Positions 13,862 to 30,500 of a DNA stretch of 64,000 nucleotides are shown piece after piece. Under the pieces are notes generated by a model. The model searched no databases. It saw only the letters and a list, made by a program, of their open reading frames with translations, and was not told the origin of the DNA. The position numbers were made by a program, and so were the translations under genes. Each line of letters opens with the position of its first letter. Position 1 is the first letter of the stretch. The stretch is taken from assembly GCA_951406725.2 (NCBI GenBank), contig OX597824.1, forward strand, positions 54,684,001 through 54,748,000, given 5' to 3'. Source of the DNA: Octopus vulgaris. Its lineage: Eukaryota.

Positions 13862-14178
13862 AAGTGTACGCGAGTATGTCGATGTATATGTAGGTATGTA
13901 GAGTTATGTGTATGTGCATGTATGTGTGTGTATATACAGATTGTAGATGGGTATATATATATGTGTATCATCATCATCATCGTTTAACGTCCGTTTTCCG
14001 CGCTAGCACGGGTTGGACGGTTTCGACCGGGGTCTGGGGAGCTCGGGACTGCCCCAGGCTCCAGTCTAGTCTGGCAGTGTTTCTACAGCTGGATGCCCTT
14101 CCTAACGCCAACCACTCCGCGAGTGTAGTGGGTGCTTTTTACGTGCCACCTGCACAGGTGCCAGAGGGTCTGGCATCG

Positions 14179-14213
<35 letters not shown>

Positions 14214-14298
14214 ATGTATATATATATATATATGTAGGTATGTAGAGTTATACGTATGTGCATGTGTGTGTGTATATGTGCATATATGTAGATAGGTG

Positions 14299-14349
<51 letters not shown>

Positions 14350-14372
14350 GTGTGTGTGTATATGTGTGTATG

Positions 14373-14437
<65 letters not shown>

Positions 14438-14852
14438 ATGTTTATATGAATGTTTCCGTCTGTATAAAGGGTAACTGCATGTATATATACTTATTATTTA
14501 TTACTTATTACTTATTATTTATTACTTGAGTATGCGTTTGTATGCATGTATGTATTTATGTATATAAGGTGGCGCGTGAGTGTATGTATGTGTATGCACC
14601 TCTATAGAAATATGTATACATTTATGCATGTATGTACTTATGTGTATATACGTGTATATATATATGTATATATATATATATGTGTGTATGTGTATGTGTG
14701 TGTGTATGAGTATATATGTATGTATACACACATTTGTATATATATATATATGTATGTATATATATATATGTATGTGTGTGTATGTATGTATGTATATATA
14801 TGTGTGTGTGTGAGTATGTGTGTATATGTATGTATATATGTATATATATGTG

Positions 14853-14883
<31 letters not shown>

Positions 14884-15052
14884 GTGTGTAAGTGTGTGTA
14901 TATATGTATGTGTAAGTGTGTGTGTGTGTATGAGTATGTATGTATGCACACATGTGTATATATATATATATATATGTATGTATGTGTGTATGTGTGTATG
15001 TATATGTATGTGTGTGTGTGTATGTGTGTATGTGTGTATATGTATATGTATG

Positions 15053-15089
<37 letters not shown>

Positions 15090-15120
15090 GTGTGTATGTG
15101 TATGTGTGTGTATGTATATG

Positions 15121-15167
<47 letters not shown>

Positions 15168-15298
15168 ATGTATATATATGTATATATGTGTGTGTATGTG
15201 TATGTATATATGTACATATACGTGTACGCTCGTGTGTTTATGTATATATAGGTACGTAGAGTTATGTATGTATGTATGTATATGTACATATGTGTAAG

Positions 15299-15339
<41 letters not shown>

Positions 15340-15848
15340 AAGTTTATATGTATGTATCCGTCTGTATAATAGGTAACTGCACGTATATATACTTAATATT
15401 TATTATTTATTTTTTGAGTATGCATGTATGTATATGAATAACTGCACGTATATATATTTTATTATTTATGCATGTAAGTATATGAACATAAGGAGGCGCG
15501 CGTGTGTGTGTGTGTGTGTATGTGTAAGCATATGTATAGATATATGTATACTTTTACGCATGTGTACTTATGTGTATATATGGATGCACGTCTGTGTGTG
15601 TGTGTATGGGTACGCATGTATATGTGTATGTGTGTGTATGTATATGTGTATGTATGTGTGTGTGTATATATGTATATGTATGTATGTACATGTATGTATG
15701 TGTATATATATATATATATGTGTATATATGTGTATGTGTATATGTATGTGTATGTATGCGCGTATATGTATGTATATGTATATGTGTGGGTTTGTGTATG
15801 TGTATATATGTATGTATGTATGGGTGTATGTATATGTATGTATATATA

Positions 15849-15881
<33 letters not shown>

Positions 15882-16245
15882 TTGTATGTAGGTGTATATG
15901 TATGTGTGTGTATATATATTTATTGGTGTATATGTATGGACTAGTCTTCTAAGCGTGTAGACATGAATCTGTAGGTACGCGTACGTATGTGTATATATGT
16001 GAATGTATGTAGATGTATGTATGTATGAATATAACGCGTGCGTGCGTGTATATGTACGAGTGTAAGAATGAGTGAGTGTGCGTGCTAATGTTCGAATAGA
16101 AAGATAAATGGACTTGCTGTCGTAGCCAAGATGCTTGTGACCCGCGGTCAAAGATAACAAAAGTAATAAATGAAGATAATAAAATTAGGGAATGGGTTTG
16201 TATTTGTATGTATATGTGTGTATGTGTAGGTATGTATAGGTACAC

Positions 16246-16307
<62 letters not shown>

Positions 16308-16585
16308 ATATATGGACTTGTGTGTGCATGTGTGTATGTAGATATGTGTGTGTATGTGTGTATGTGTATGTATGTATATATTTTTGTGTGTATATGTATG
16401 TGTGGGCGTGTGTGTATATATGCATGTGTATGTGTGTATATATATATGCATGTGTATGTATATATATGTATATATATGTATATATATGTATATATATATA
16501 TATGTATATATATATGTGTGTGTGTGTATGTATGTGTGTATGTATATGTGTGTGTGTATATATACACATGTGTATATGTATAAGT
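13270..16585. repeat. Compound (TA)n/(TG)n/(TATG)n microsatellite tract with short unique islands
   Basis: Seen directly. It is the source of many spurious YI/CV/HT ORFs. Confidence 0.95.
13967..14182 (-). mobile_element. 5'-truncated RTE-LINE/SINE 3' end with (TGA)n tail
   Basis: CATCATCATCGTTTAACGTCCG...CTGGATGCCCTTCCTAACGCC. Same family as the 3' UTR attached to the RTE ORF at 50370-51732. Confidence 0.8.
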
Positions 16586-16806
16586 GAGAATCTCCTTATT
16601 TACCTAAAACTTATTCTTCTATATATATTTTTTTTTTTTTTTTTTTTTAATTCTTTTATTTATTCTTTTATCTAATTTACCACTGACTCCTTGACCACTC
16701 CCCCAAGTATGATATCTTTGCGCTATGCCTACCCCCAAAAAGTCCCCCACCACCACCCCTTTAAACCTGCCTAAATGTATAAATGCCAATACAATTCTTG
16801 TTAACT

Positions 16807-16857
16807 AGCTTCCTGATGATTTCTCTTGAATGAAACAGTTCTAGTCCTGTAGAAGCT
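16807..16857 (+). ncRNA. Type I hammerhead ribozyme motif in a PLE-type terminal repeat
   Basis: AGCTTC-CTGATGA-T TTC TCTT GAA T-GAA-ACAG TTCTAGTC CTGT-A-GAAGCT. Stem I AGCTTC/GAAGCT, intact core, stem III ACAG/CTGT, GUA cleavage triplet. Confidence 0.8.
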
Positions 16858-17001
16858 CCTTCTATATAATAAATTAATTTTACTCTGCTATGTATTGAGT
16901 ACCTTATTTACTGTGGTTAACCCCGAATCAACCCGGGACCTACATATATATAGATATATATATATATATATATATATAAATATATATAAAAATATATATA
17001 A

Positions 17002-17034
<33 letters not shown>

Positions 17035-17875
17035 AATATATATATCCGGTCAATTTCTTTACTTAAGGCAACAACATGTGCTCTCTCATTCATTCATCTA
17101 GCAGCTATAATCTCGTGCACAGCTAAGTTTGAATGCTTATTTTATTTTTATTTATTTTCACTTCACTTCTCGACCAATCATACATGTTTTCCTGTCTGTT
17201 GTTATTTATCTATCTAACTATTGTATCTAATTTCTCCTCTATTAACTCTGCCCGACCAAGTCTCGCTCTATCATCTTTTTTTTTTTTTCAACCCTCGCGT
17301 ATTTGTCTATCGATCTCCGCCATCTTTGAAGCCTCTTCCCTTAATACACTTCCGCCTTGTCCAAAAATTCCTTTCCGGTCAATTTCTTTACTTAAGGCAA
17401 CAACATGTGCTCTCTCATTCATTCATCTAGCAGCTATAATCTCGAGCACAGCTAAGTTTGAATGCTTATTTTATTTTTATTTATTTTCACTTCACTTCTC
17501 GACCAATCATACATGTTTTCCTATCTGTTGTTATTTATCTATCTAACTATTGTATCTAATTTCTCCTCTATTAATTCTGCCCGACCAAGTCTCGCTCTAT
17601 CATCTATTTTCAACCTTCGCATACTCGCGGTGCACCCACCCTGCCCACCCCCACCACCAATACCGGATATCTCTATATTTTTGCTCCATCTATACCGGAT
17701 GTTGTTTCTCCCACCACCATTATAGGTGTCTACTCTTCGAACCCCCTCCTCAATACGCTATTTCACCATGCATTACCCTCTTGATATCCTACGTTCTACT
17801 TGCCTAAGAACCTGTCATCATTTCTCTGAACCACCCCTCCCCACTGGTGCTCCCCTATATTTCTACCCCCCCCCA

Positions 17876-18113
17876 CATAAAAAAAAGCACCATCCGAACG
17901 TGGCCGATGCCAGACCCCTCTGGCACCTGTGCAGGTGGCACGTAAAAAACACCCACTACACTCGCGGAGTGGTTAGCGTTAGTAAGGGCATCCAGCTGTA
18001 GAAACACTGCCAGACTAGACTGGAGCAGTCCCTAGCTCCCCAGACCCCAGTCGAAACCGTCCAACTCGTCCTAGCGCGGAAAACGGACGTTAAACGATGA
18101 TGATGATGATGAT
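17876..18113 (+). mobile_element. RTE-LINE/SINE 3' end with (GAT)n tail
   Basis: Reverse-orientation homologue of 13967-14182, ending GGACGTTAAACGATGATGATG. Confidence 0.8.
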
Positions 18114-19332
<1,219 letters not shown>

Positions 19333-22109
19333 CAGGTTCTTCGGGAGGATATTGAAGAGCTGTGGGCCTCGGAAGCCCAGGCTATCACAGAATCTTGTCC
19401 TACATCTTGATGGCAAGTTTGGAGTCCTAGGCACCACGCAGTGGCGCCCAGTTCTGACATTTGCGTAACTCTCGATGCCAAAGTTCAGGACACTTCCCTC
19501 CAGGATCTTCCAGATGTATATTATGGCATATCTTTCCCGCCTACGCTCCAGGGAATATAATTTTAATTTCCTGAGTCTTTCCCAGTAGCTTACATTCTGC
19601 ATAGAGGCTATCTTCTTTGTGTAGCTTCGTTGGATCGCCTCATGTTCTGTGATCAACTTGACACTGGATGGTGACCATAACTGAGAGCAGTAGTCAAAGT
19701 GGCTTAGGACAAGTGTCCTCCAGAGGACCATCATGGTTTCTTGTTCGCTTGCTCTAAAGGTTCTGAGGATCCATCCGGCCAGTCGTCTACATTTCATTGC
19801 CAATTTAGCAACATGTACACGAAAGGTCGCGTCATCACTCATGTAAATACCTAGGTCACGTACTGATTGTGCCTCTGGGATTGCTATTCCTCCGGGTCCA
19901 GTGTATTCATTGGGTATTGCATTTAGTTTTGCATGCTGATAGTATAGAGCTTGAAACTTTTCAGCATTGAACTGCATGCTATTCTTTTCGGCCCACTTGT
20001 ATATTTTGTCTAGCTCACATTGCAGGTGTTTAGTGTCCTCAGGGTTCTGTATTGCCTGTGAAACTTTTGTATCATCTGCATAACTTGTGATCGTGGCTCT
20101 CTGCGTGGCTGAGGGCATGTCTGAGAGGGCCATTATGAACAGTAGTGGTCCCAGAACAGTGCCCTGCGGAACACCGCTCACTATTTGCGTGTTAATGGAA
20201 GTGGCCCCATTGGCCACTACCACCTGACTTCTATCTTTCAGAAAGTCATGAAGCCATTCTCCCAGTTTTCCAACTATGTTGAGATCACGCAGTTTGTGAC
20301 ATATCATTCCATGATCGACTTTATCAAAGGCCTTTGCAAAGTCGAGATATATCACTTCCACATTTGAGTGGTTGAGCAGCCGTTTCAGCACCCAGTCATA
20401 GTGTTGTAGGAGCTGAGTTAAACAGCTTCTCCCTGGTCGGAAACCATGTTGGGTGTCGGGCAGCAAGTCATTTTCTTCAAGGAAGGTGATCAGCTTCCTT
20501 CTGACTATTCGTTCCATGGCCTTGCTGATGTGTGAGGTCAGAGAGATAGGTCTATAGTTCTTGGCTTCCGCTCTGCTACCTCCTTTATGAATGGGGCATA
20601 TTTTACCTTCCTTCAGTTTTCTTGGAAGTTTGCCAGCTGCAAGGAAGCTCTGAAAGAGGAACTGCAGTGGTCTTGCTAGGACTCTCTTACATGCTTTTAG
20701 GAGGATTGCCGGGAATCCATCGGGGCCAGTAGCTGAGTCTGTTTTCATTTCATCTATAGCCTTGATTACATCGTCTTCCTTTATATCGATGTAATCTATC
20801 GTCGCCGCCTCTGATTTTATATCTGCAGTGGTAAAAAAGTCAGTTGGATTGGTGATTTGGAGATGCCCAAGGGGTGGAGTGAAAACACTCTTGAATTGCT
20901 CATTCAGTATTTCACTTACCCTCATTGGTTTTCCTGTAAGTGTGCCATCCTTTTCGAGGAGTGGCCCTATTCTACAGTGCACCGTAGCTGTTTCTTTGGC
21001 ATACCTGTAGAAAGCTCTGGGGTTAGATTTTATGTTGTCTATAGCCCAGGCTTCTTTGTCTGCTCTTTCCTTTTCATGGGAGAGTTTCAGACATTTTTCG
21101 ATTTCCAACAGTTTTATTTTTAGGCGGGACTTTTCACTGCTTTCAATCTGTTTGTTTAGGCGATTTGAAAATTTTGTACGCCGTCTCATTAGAATTTTCC
21201 TCTCTCTGGGGATTTTGTTCTTGTGTACAGTGGCCTTTCTCTCTGGGACATATTTGTAGCATATGGCTTGCATTACAGACATGAATTGTTGAAGTTTCAC
21301 ATCGATGTCTGGCGAGGAGAGACATTTAGGCCAGTTTTGTTTGAGGATCTCTTTTCAATTTGTTTCCAGTTTGCCTTATGGTAGTTCAAGCTGGAAAGAT
21401 TCTGGGGGTTTCTTGTAGGCTGCATGTCCGTGCTCTCTTTTGGCCCGTACATGGTCAGCTCTATCATGTTGTGATCCGAGAGTAGTGTCGGTGTCACTTT
21501 CACATTATGGATGAGATCCATGTCATTTGTGAAGCAGAGATCCAGTGTGTTACCTGCCCTGGTTGGTTGGAGTATTACCTGCTCCATGTACAGGGTGTTG
21601 ATGAGGTTCAGGAGGGACCTCGCCTGTCCTCGTTCACATCTTGTCATTCCTTGGAGAGAAAGGCCCTCGGGCCATCTGACATTTGGCAGATTGAAGTCTC
21701 CCATAAGAAGTACACTTATGTGTTGTTCTAATGTGGTTAGAACTTCTTCTATTTTTATAAGGCAGTCTTCAAACTTGCCCACATGGCTTGGGGCATCTGG
21801 AGGGCGGTATGTAGCACACACAACTACATCAAGTTGCCTAATATGTACAATTAGTGTGTCACACACCGAGTTTGAGTATGACAAGAGGACCTGGGGTGTG
21901 AGGTCCTCACGGATGTACATAGCAACACCTCCGTGACTCCTTTCTTTCCTGTCGATCCGTAGTACAGCATACTGTGGTATGTGTAACTCCGCATCTGCTA
22001 TATCCGGTTTCAGGTGCGTTTCCGTTAGTGTTATGCATAAGGCTTGATTGCATGCAACAAAATCTCTCAGGAACGGGATTTTTGTCCTGTTACTGAGTGT
22101 TTGCAGTCC

Positions 22110-22113
<4 letters not shown>
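19333..22113 (-). mobile_element. CR1/L2-group (Jockey superfamily) LINE ORF2 (APE + RT), truncated at both ends
   Basis: APE motifs YRPP, GDFN, TLDL, SDH. RT motifs [49 protein letters not shown]. One frameshift near 21350. Both ends abut (TA)n. Confidence 0.93.
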
Positions 22114-22192
<79 letters not shown>

Positions 22193-22265
22193 GTTAGTTA
22201 CGAGCGGATCTTCGAAAGGGTATGTTCTTACTTTCAGTGTTTCCAAATCCAAACCAAGGAGTTTC

Positions 22266-22317
22266 TGAGCTGATGATAGAAGTGTTGTTTTGACTAATCT
22301 TGAAACGTACGTTCTCA
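22266..22317 (+). ncRNA. Hammerhead ribozyme motif with palindromic stem III (PLE/dimeric type)
   Basis: TGAG-CTGATGA-T AGA AGT..ACT AA TCT T-GAA-ACGTACGT-T-CTCA. Stem I TGAG/CTCA, stem III is the palindrome ACGTACGT, GUU triplet. Confidence 0.6.
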
Positions 22318-22504
22318 AATAACCTTAGCATTTGATTTATTGATGTCCTTACCCCCAAACTTTTGTGAGTTGAATTAAGCAAACACTATATATGAGAGAG
22401 ATTTTCTTTAAGTATTAGAAATAGCTTTAAAAAAGTTTTTTAGCTGCTATTTCTAATGAGTTCAGTATGCGGCAAAGTAATTTATTTTACTAAGCCCTTT
22501 TATA

Positions 22505-24556
<2,052 letters not shown>

Positions 24557-24599
24557 GTATATATATATATATGTATATATATATGTATATATATATATG

Positions 24600-25523
<924 letters not shown>

Positions 25524-25524
25524 A

Positions 25525-28207
25525 CGTTTTTACCCACAAACTTTAATATTGTTAATATTTTTTTCAAATACTCTATCTTCTAATTAGCCTTAATATCTTC
25601 TTGTCTTCTCTCGAACATAGTTAGATAGATAAACAAATAGACAGATTATCCAGCATGTCCAGAGCATGGAGACCTGACGAACTAGATTTATTCGTACAAG
25701 CCTGGAAGTGCGCCGACGGAGATAGCCCTAGCGAGGTGGCTGCGCTGAAGAGCAGAGGCTACAAGAGGACAGCGGCTCAGATGGAGCGAAAGAGACGGGA
25801 ATTCGTGCGCTCATATGCGCTTATACGGTCGCACATTGCCGCACTTGATGCCACCTTTGAGAACGAGCGGTGCAAAGATGGCAAGAATGGAGACGATGAA
25901 AGAAGTCACCCCCACCTGGTGGACGCCCGGGAGGAGGTTTTGAATGAGAAACCTGCCCGGGAAGTGAACCCAGGTGCAAGTTCTCCAACCGGCAGCAAGG
26001 GCCATGGAGACGGAGAACCCGGTGAAGAGGTAGAGGGAGGAGGAAGAACTAAAAGAAGGACTGGAAGAGCTAAAGGAAAAGCTCAAGCAGGACCAAAGGG
26101 TGAAAAAACCAGGAATAGAAGTGGAACCGCAAAAGATGGAAACAAACAGCGCACACGGGTGTGTAGGTTCTACCTGAGAGGTTCCTGCTGGCATGGAAAG
26201 GAAGGTGCAGGCTGCCGCTTTGCACATCGGGGACCCTGCCACAGAGACACGAGGCAGATGGACAAACCATCAACACAAGGAAAAGGGATGGACCACGCAC
26301 CACTTGCCCCAAAGCGGAGGTACGCAGATGTTGTGCGTGCCACAAGCCGCCAACATGATGCTGTCGAAAGGGCAGCTGCTGAGCAACAATCTTTTTTGTG
26401 CATGGCACAAAAGAATGTACAGCAGCTGACCTGGCTTCATCAAACCCAAGCCCGCAGGTGGGACTACCCACTATATACCAGACCACCACAGCAAACAGAC
26501 CCAGGATGGACACCGCCGGCAACAACGTACACCTCACCTCGATGCTCCTACTGAACATCAGAGGACTGCAAACACTCAGTAACAGGACAAAATCCCGTTC
26601 CTGAGAGACTTTGTTGCATGCAATCAAGCCTTATGCATAGCACTTACGGAAACGCACCTGAAACCGGATATAGCAGATGCGGAGTTACACATACCACAGT
26701 ATGCTGTACTACGGACCGACAGGAAAGAAAGGAGTCATGGAGGTGTTGCTATGTACATCCGTGAGGACCTCACACCCCAGGTCCTCTTGTCATACTCAAA
26801 CTCGGTGTGTGACACTCTAATTGTACATATTAGGCAACTTGATGTAGTTGTGTGTGCTACATATCGCCCTCCAGATGCCCCAAGCCATGTGGGCAAGTTT
26901 GAAGACTGCCTTATAAAAATAGAAGAAATTCTAATCACATTAGAACAACACATAAGTGTACTTCATATGAGAGACTTCAATCTACCCAATGTCAGATGGC
27001 CTGAGGGCCTTTCTCTCCCAGGAATGACAAGATGTGAACGAGGACAGGCGAGAGAATGGCTTCATGACTTTCTGAAAGATAGAAGTCAATGGGGCCACTT
27101 CCATTAACACGCAAATAGTGAGCGGTGTTCCGCAGGGCACTGTTTTGGGACCACTACTGTTCATAATGGCCCTCTCAGACATGCCCTCAGCCACGGGGAG
27201 AGCCACGATCACAAGTTATGCAGATAATACAAAAGTTTCACAGGCAATACAGAACCCTGAGGACACTAAGCACCTGCAATGTGAGCTGGACGAATAATAC
27301 AAGTGGGCTGAAAAGAATAGCATGCAGTTCAATGCTGAAAAGTTTCAAGCTTTATACTATCAGCATGCAAAACTGAATGCAATACCCAATGAATACACTG
27401 GACCCGGAGGGATTGCAATCCCAGAGGCACAATCAGTGCGTGACCTGGGTATTCACATGAGTGATGACGCGACCTTTCATGTACATGTTGCTAAACTGGC
27501 AATGAAATGTAGACGGCTGGCTGGCTGGATTCTTAGAACCTTTAGAACAAGAGAACAAGAAACCATGATGGTCCTCTGGAAGACACTTGTCCTAAGCCAC
27601 TTTGACTAATGCTCTCAGCTATGGTCACCATCCAGTGTCAAGTTGATCACAGAACTTGAGGCGATCCAACGTAGCTACACGAAGAAGATAGCCTCTGTGC
27701 AGAATATAAGCTACTGGGAAAGACTCAAGAGATTAAAATTCTATTCCTTGGAGCATAGGTGAGACAGATATGCCATAATATACATCTGGAAGATCCTGGA
27801 AGGACTTGTCCCAAACTTTGGCATCGAGAGTTACACAAATGCCAGAACTGGGCGCCACTGTGTGGTGCCAAGGACTCCAAATTTGCCATCAAGATGTAGG
27901 ACAAGATACTGTGATAGCCTGGGCTTCCGAGGCCCACAGCTCTTCAATATCCTCCCGAAGAACTTAAGAGACCTGCATGGGGTGGATGCAGATGTCTTTA
28001 AAATGATACTGGATCTCTTCTTGTCAGGTATCCCAGATGAACCAACTTCACGGCAGAAGGTGCAGATGAGGGAAGCTGCATCGAACTCTCTCATGCACCA
28101 AATGGCAGTTGCTAAAAAGCATTCGTGAAGTAAAATCATGTAGCAACACCAAATGGCGGTGCCCCAGCATGGCCACAGCTCGTGAGCTGAAACTAGATAA
28201 AATAAAA
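25525..28207 (+). mobile_element. CR1/L2-group LINE with ORF1 and 3' tail, ORF2 internally deleted
   Basis: Near-identical to 19333-22113 in opposite orientation. APE is joined to mid-RT at ~27050 (GQAR|EWLHDFLK), a deletion of ~1.35 kb. In-frame stops; (TAAAA)n tail at ~28197. Confidence 0.92.
25655..26554 (+). CDS. LINE ORF1 protein (299 aa) with CCCH zinc finger
   Basis: Open ATG-started ORF immediately upstream of and overlapping the ORF2 start. Contains CRFYLRGSCWHGKEGAGCRFAH (C-x7-C-x8-C-x3-H). Confidence 0.75.
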   Translation: MSRAWRPDELDLFVQAWKCADGDSPSEVAALKSRGYKRTAAQMERKRREFVRSYALIRSHIAALDATFENERCKDGKNGDDERSHPHLVDAREEVLNEKPAREVNPGASSPTGSKGHGDGEPGEEVEGGGRTKRRTGRAKGKAQAGPKGEKTRNRSGTAKDGNKQRTRVCRFYLRGSCWHGKEGAGCRFAHRGPCHRDTRQMDKPSTQGKGMDHAPLAPKRRYADVVRATSRQHDAVERAAAEQQSFLCMAQKNVQQLTWLHQTQARRWDYPLYTRPPQQTDPGWTPPATTYTSPRCSY

Positions 28208-28814
28208 TTTTTAAAAATAATAAATATATATATATATGTTATCATTATCATTAATGTCTATATTCCATGCTGGAATGAGTTGGACAGTTTGACAAGATCT
28301 GATGTGTTTGAGGAATGTTTGGTTTGGCACAGTATCAAAGGCTGGATACCCTCTTTAACACCAACCACTTTACAGCATGTACTGGGTGCTTTTCTCATGG
28401 AACTAGCAGCCTTACAAGACTAAGATCTCCATTGGAGTGGGGCTACAATAGAGTGGGAAACAGCTCTATGCTTAAGGATGAGAGATTAAAGTATGAAAGA
28501 AGACGCCAATACAGAATCAGTTTAGGAGCTATATATCCACTCACATTGTAAAAGAGAAAGTGGGAGTGATCATGGTGCAGATGGAAAGGGATAAAATAGT
28601 TGTGATGAAGTGCTAGTATAGACCCTTCTGGTACAAGAATAGAAGTGTGTGGGGAGAGGAGAACAGGGATTGTGGGTGAGTTCCAAGATGCATGGTTACA
28701 AGCACAGCCATGGCAAGTGCAGACATAGCTGTATAGGTAAGAGATTTGCTTCTCAACCACAGTTTGAAGTACGGTTTCACTGTGCATTGTTTTGGGCAAG
28801 TGTCTATATGTGAA

Positions 28815-29350
28815 GGCATGATGTATGGTTCACAAATTTACTTCCCAACCTTTAGATACAATCCCACTGTATAACACCTTGGAGAAGTGTCTTCTACTAT
28901 AGCCCCAGGCTAATCAAGGCTCTATGATTAGATTTGGTTGACAGAAACTGAAAGTAACCCTTTGTGTGTGTATGCATGCATGCACATGTGTGTATTTATC
29001 TATGTATGTATGTATGTATGGAATGTCTGTGCGCAAGTGTATGAGTTCATATTCCTCTCATCTTCACATGTGTTCACTGTTGTAAACAATGGCTTATTAA
29101 AAGTGTTGTTTGTTTGCAGACCACCATGAAAGCATCTTGAGGCATCATGTGTGATCTTCAGAAAGAAGGGGTATATTTCTATAATGTCGTTTGTTTCCAT
29201 TTCTTTGAGTAAACATGTCCAGGTTGCTTGCTGCTTGACAGACTGGGAGATTATTACCTCACTCAGAAACAAGTTGGTGACAGGAAAGGCATCATACTCC
29301 CATCTAACTCATGCAAGTATGGAAAAGTAGACATTAAAAATCAGTGATGT
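28815..29350 (+). mobile_element. Degenerate tRNA-derived CORE-type SINE
   Basis: ATCCCACTG...CACCTTGGAGAAGTGTCTTCTACTATAGCC...GATTTGGTTGACAGAAACTGAAAG is homologous to 47073-47233. Has an internal (TG)n and an RTE-like 3' end. Confidence 0.65.
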
Positions 29351-29639
29351 GTGCATGCACATGTATGTGTGTGTGTGTGTCATTCACCAGAGGCTCCAAT
29401 TCCATATCACAGCTGCTTCTTTATGGAGAGATTACAAATGAATTTGGATATCGAATATCTACACTAGCCAAGGCCAACAAAGCTCATGCTATACACATTT
29501 AACAGCTCCACAATACATGAACATAGTAAGCAGGAGTATGGCAATATGCAAGTAATAATGGGCCTAATATCAATCCTAACAGGCCATGGAGGGACCCTAA
29601 AATGCAAAATAGGTACACCATAATATTCAGAATGAGTTT

Positions 29640-30500
29640 CTTTCTATCGTGGCATCAGTAATAAACTTCCCAAGTAAGGTATTTTCACATTAATTGTGGA
29701 AAAAAAGAAAAAACATTTAAAAAATTGAACAACTCACACTTGTTCAGTGTTGTTTTTGACTTCTTTATAAATAAAGAATTTATTGGATAGCAGTTTCTGA
29801 ACTTGATGCTGAACTGCTTTTGGCTTGCATATTACTTGTACAATACAGGTAATTCATTTGCTGTTGATGTCCAGTTATAATTTGAACAATGCTATGAGTG
29901 CCTTGATCATGAGCAAAGAAACAATTGCCAATGTTTAAGTGTAGCTGCATACTGTTGTCCCATTTACTCTCTGTCCACTGCTACATGCATCCACTCAACC
30001 TGGTAGTGGTTGATTGTAAAAAAAAAATAAAGACAACAAAAGAATTTTCCTCTATACTGCAGTAACTCTACTTGTTCATGGTTCAATCCGATGTGCATCA
30101 CTACTTTCAGTAAGTGGATCTGAAAAGCATATCCAATACACATTAGATCAGCCAGCATGTTATGCTGTGCATTGTACACTTCCTCATATTTCAGCGAGGA
30201 TAATGAATTATTGGAGAAATAAAATGAAGGCAAGTGAAATCTATCACTTTTATCTGGAAACTTTTGTTTTCTCCTTGTTCTTTTTGAACATGTTCTATGA
30301 AATGAAAATGCTACAATCACTTTCACTGGTTGACTGATATGCAGTTGTACTGAGGATTTTAATGTAGAACGAAACAAACTGGATGATGAAGGCAAATGGC
30401 AGATGAACAAGCAGTAGGACACTGAATATATTAAGGACAACCAGTTGGGTGGGGACAAACCAAACAATAAAGAAATTTGCCACAATATATGAAGGATTTA
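29640..30500 (-). mobile_element. Possible highly decayed hAT-type transposase remnant
   Basis: Only weak motif echoes across frames (LTESSDA...EQVELLQY). Confidence 0.25.
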
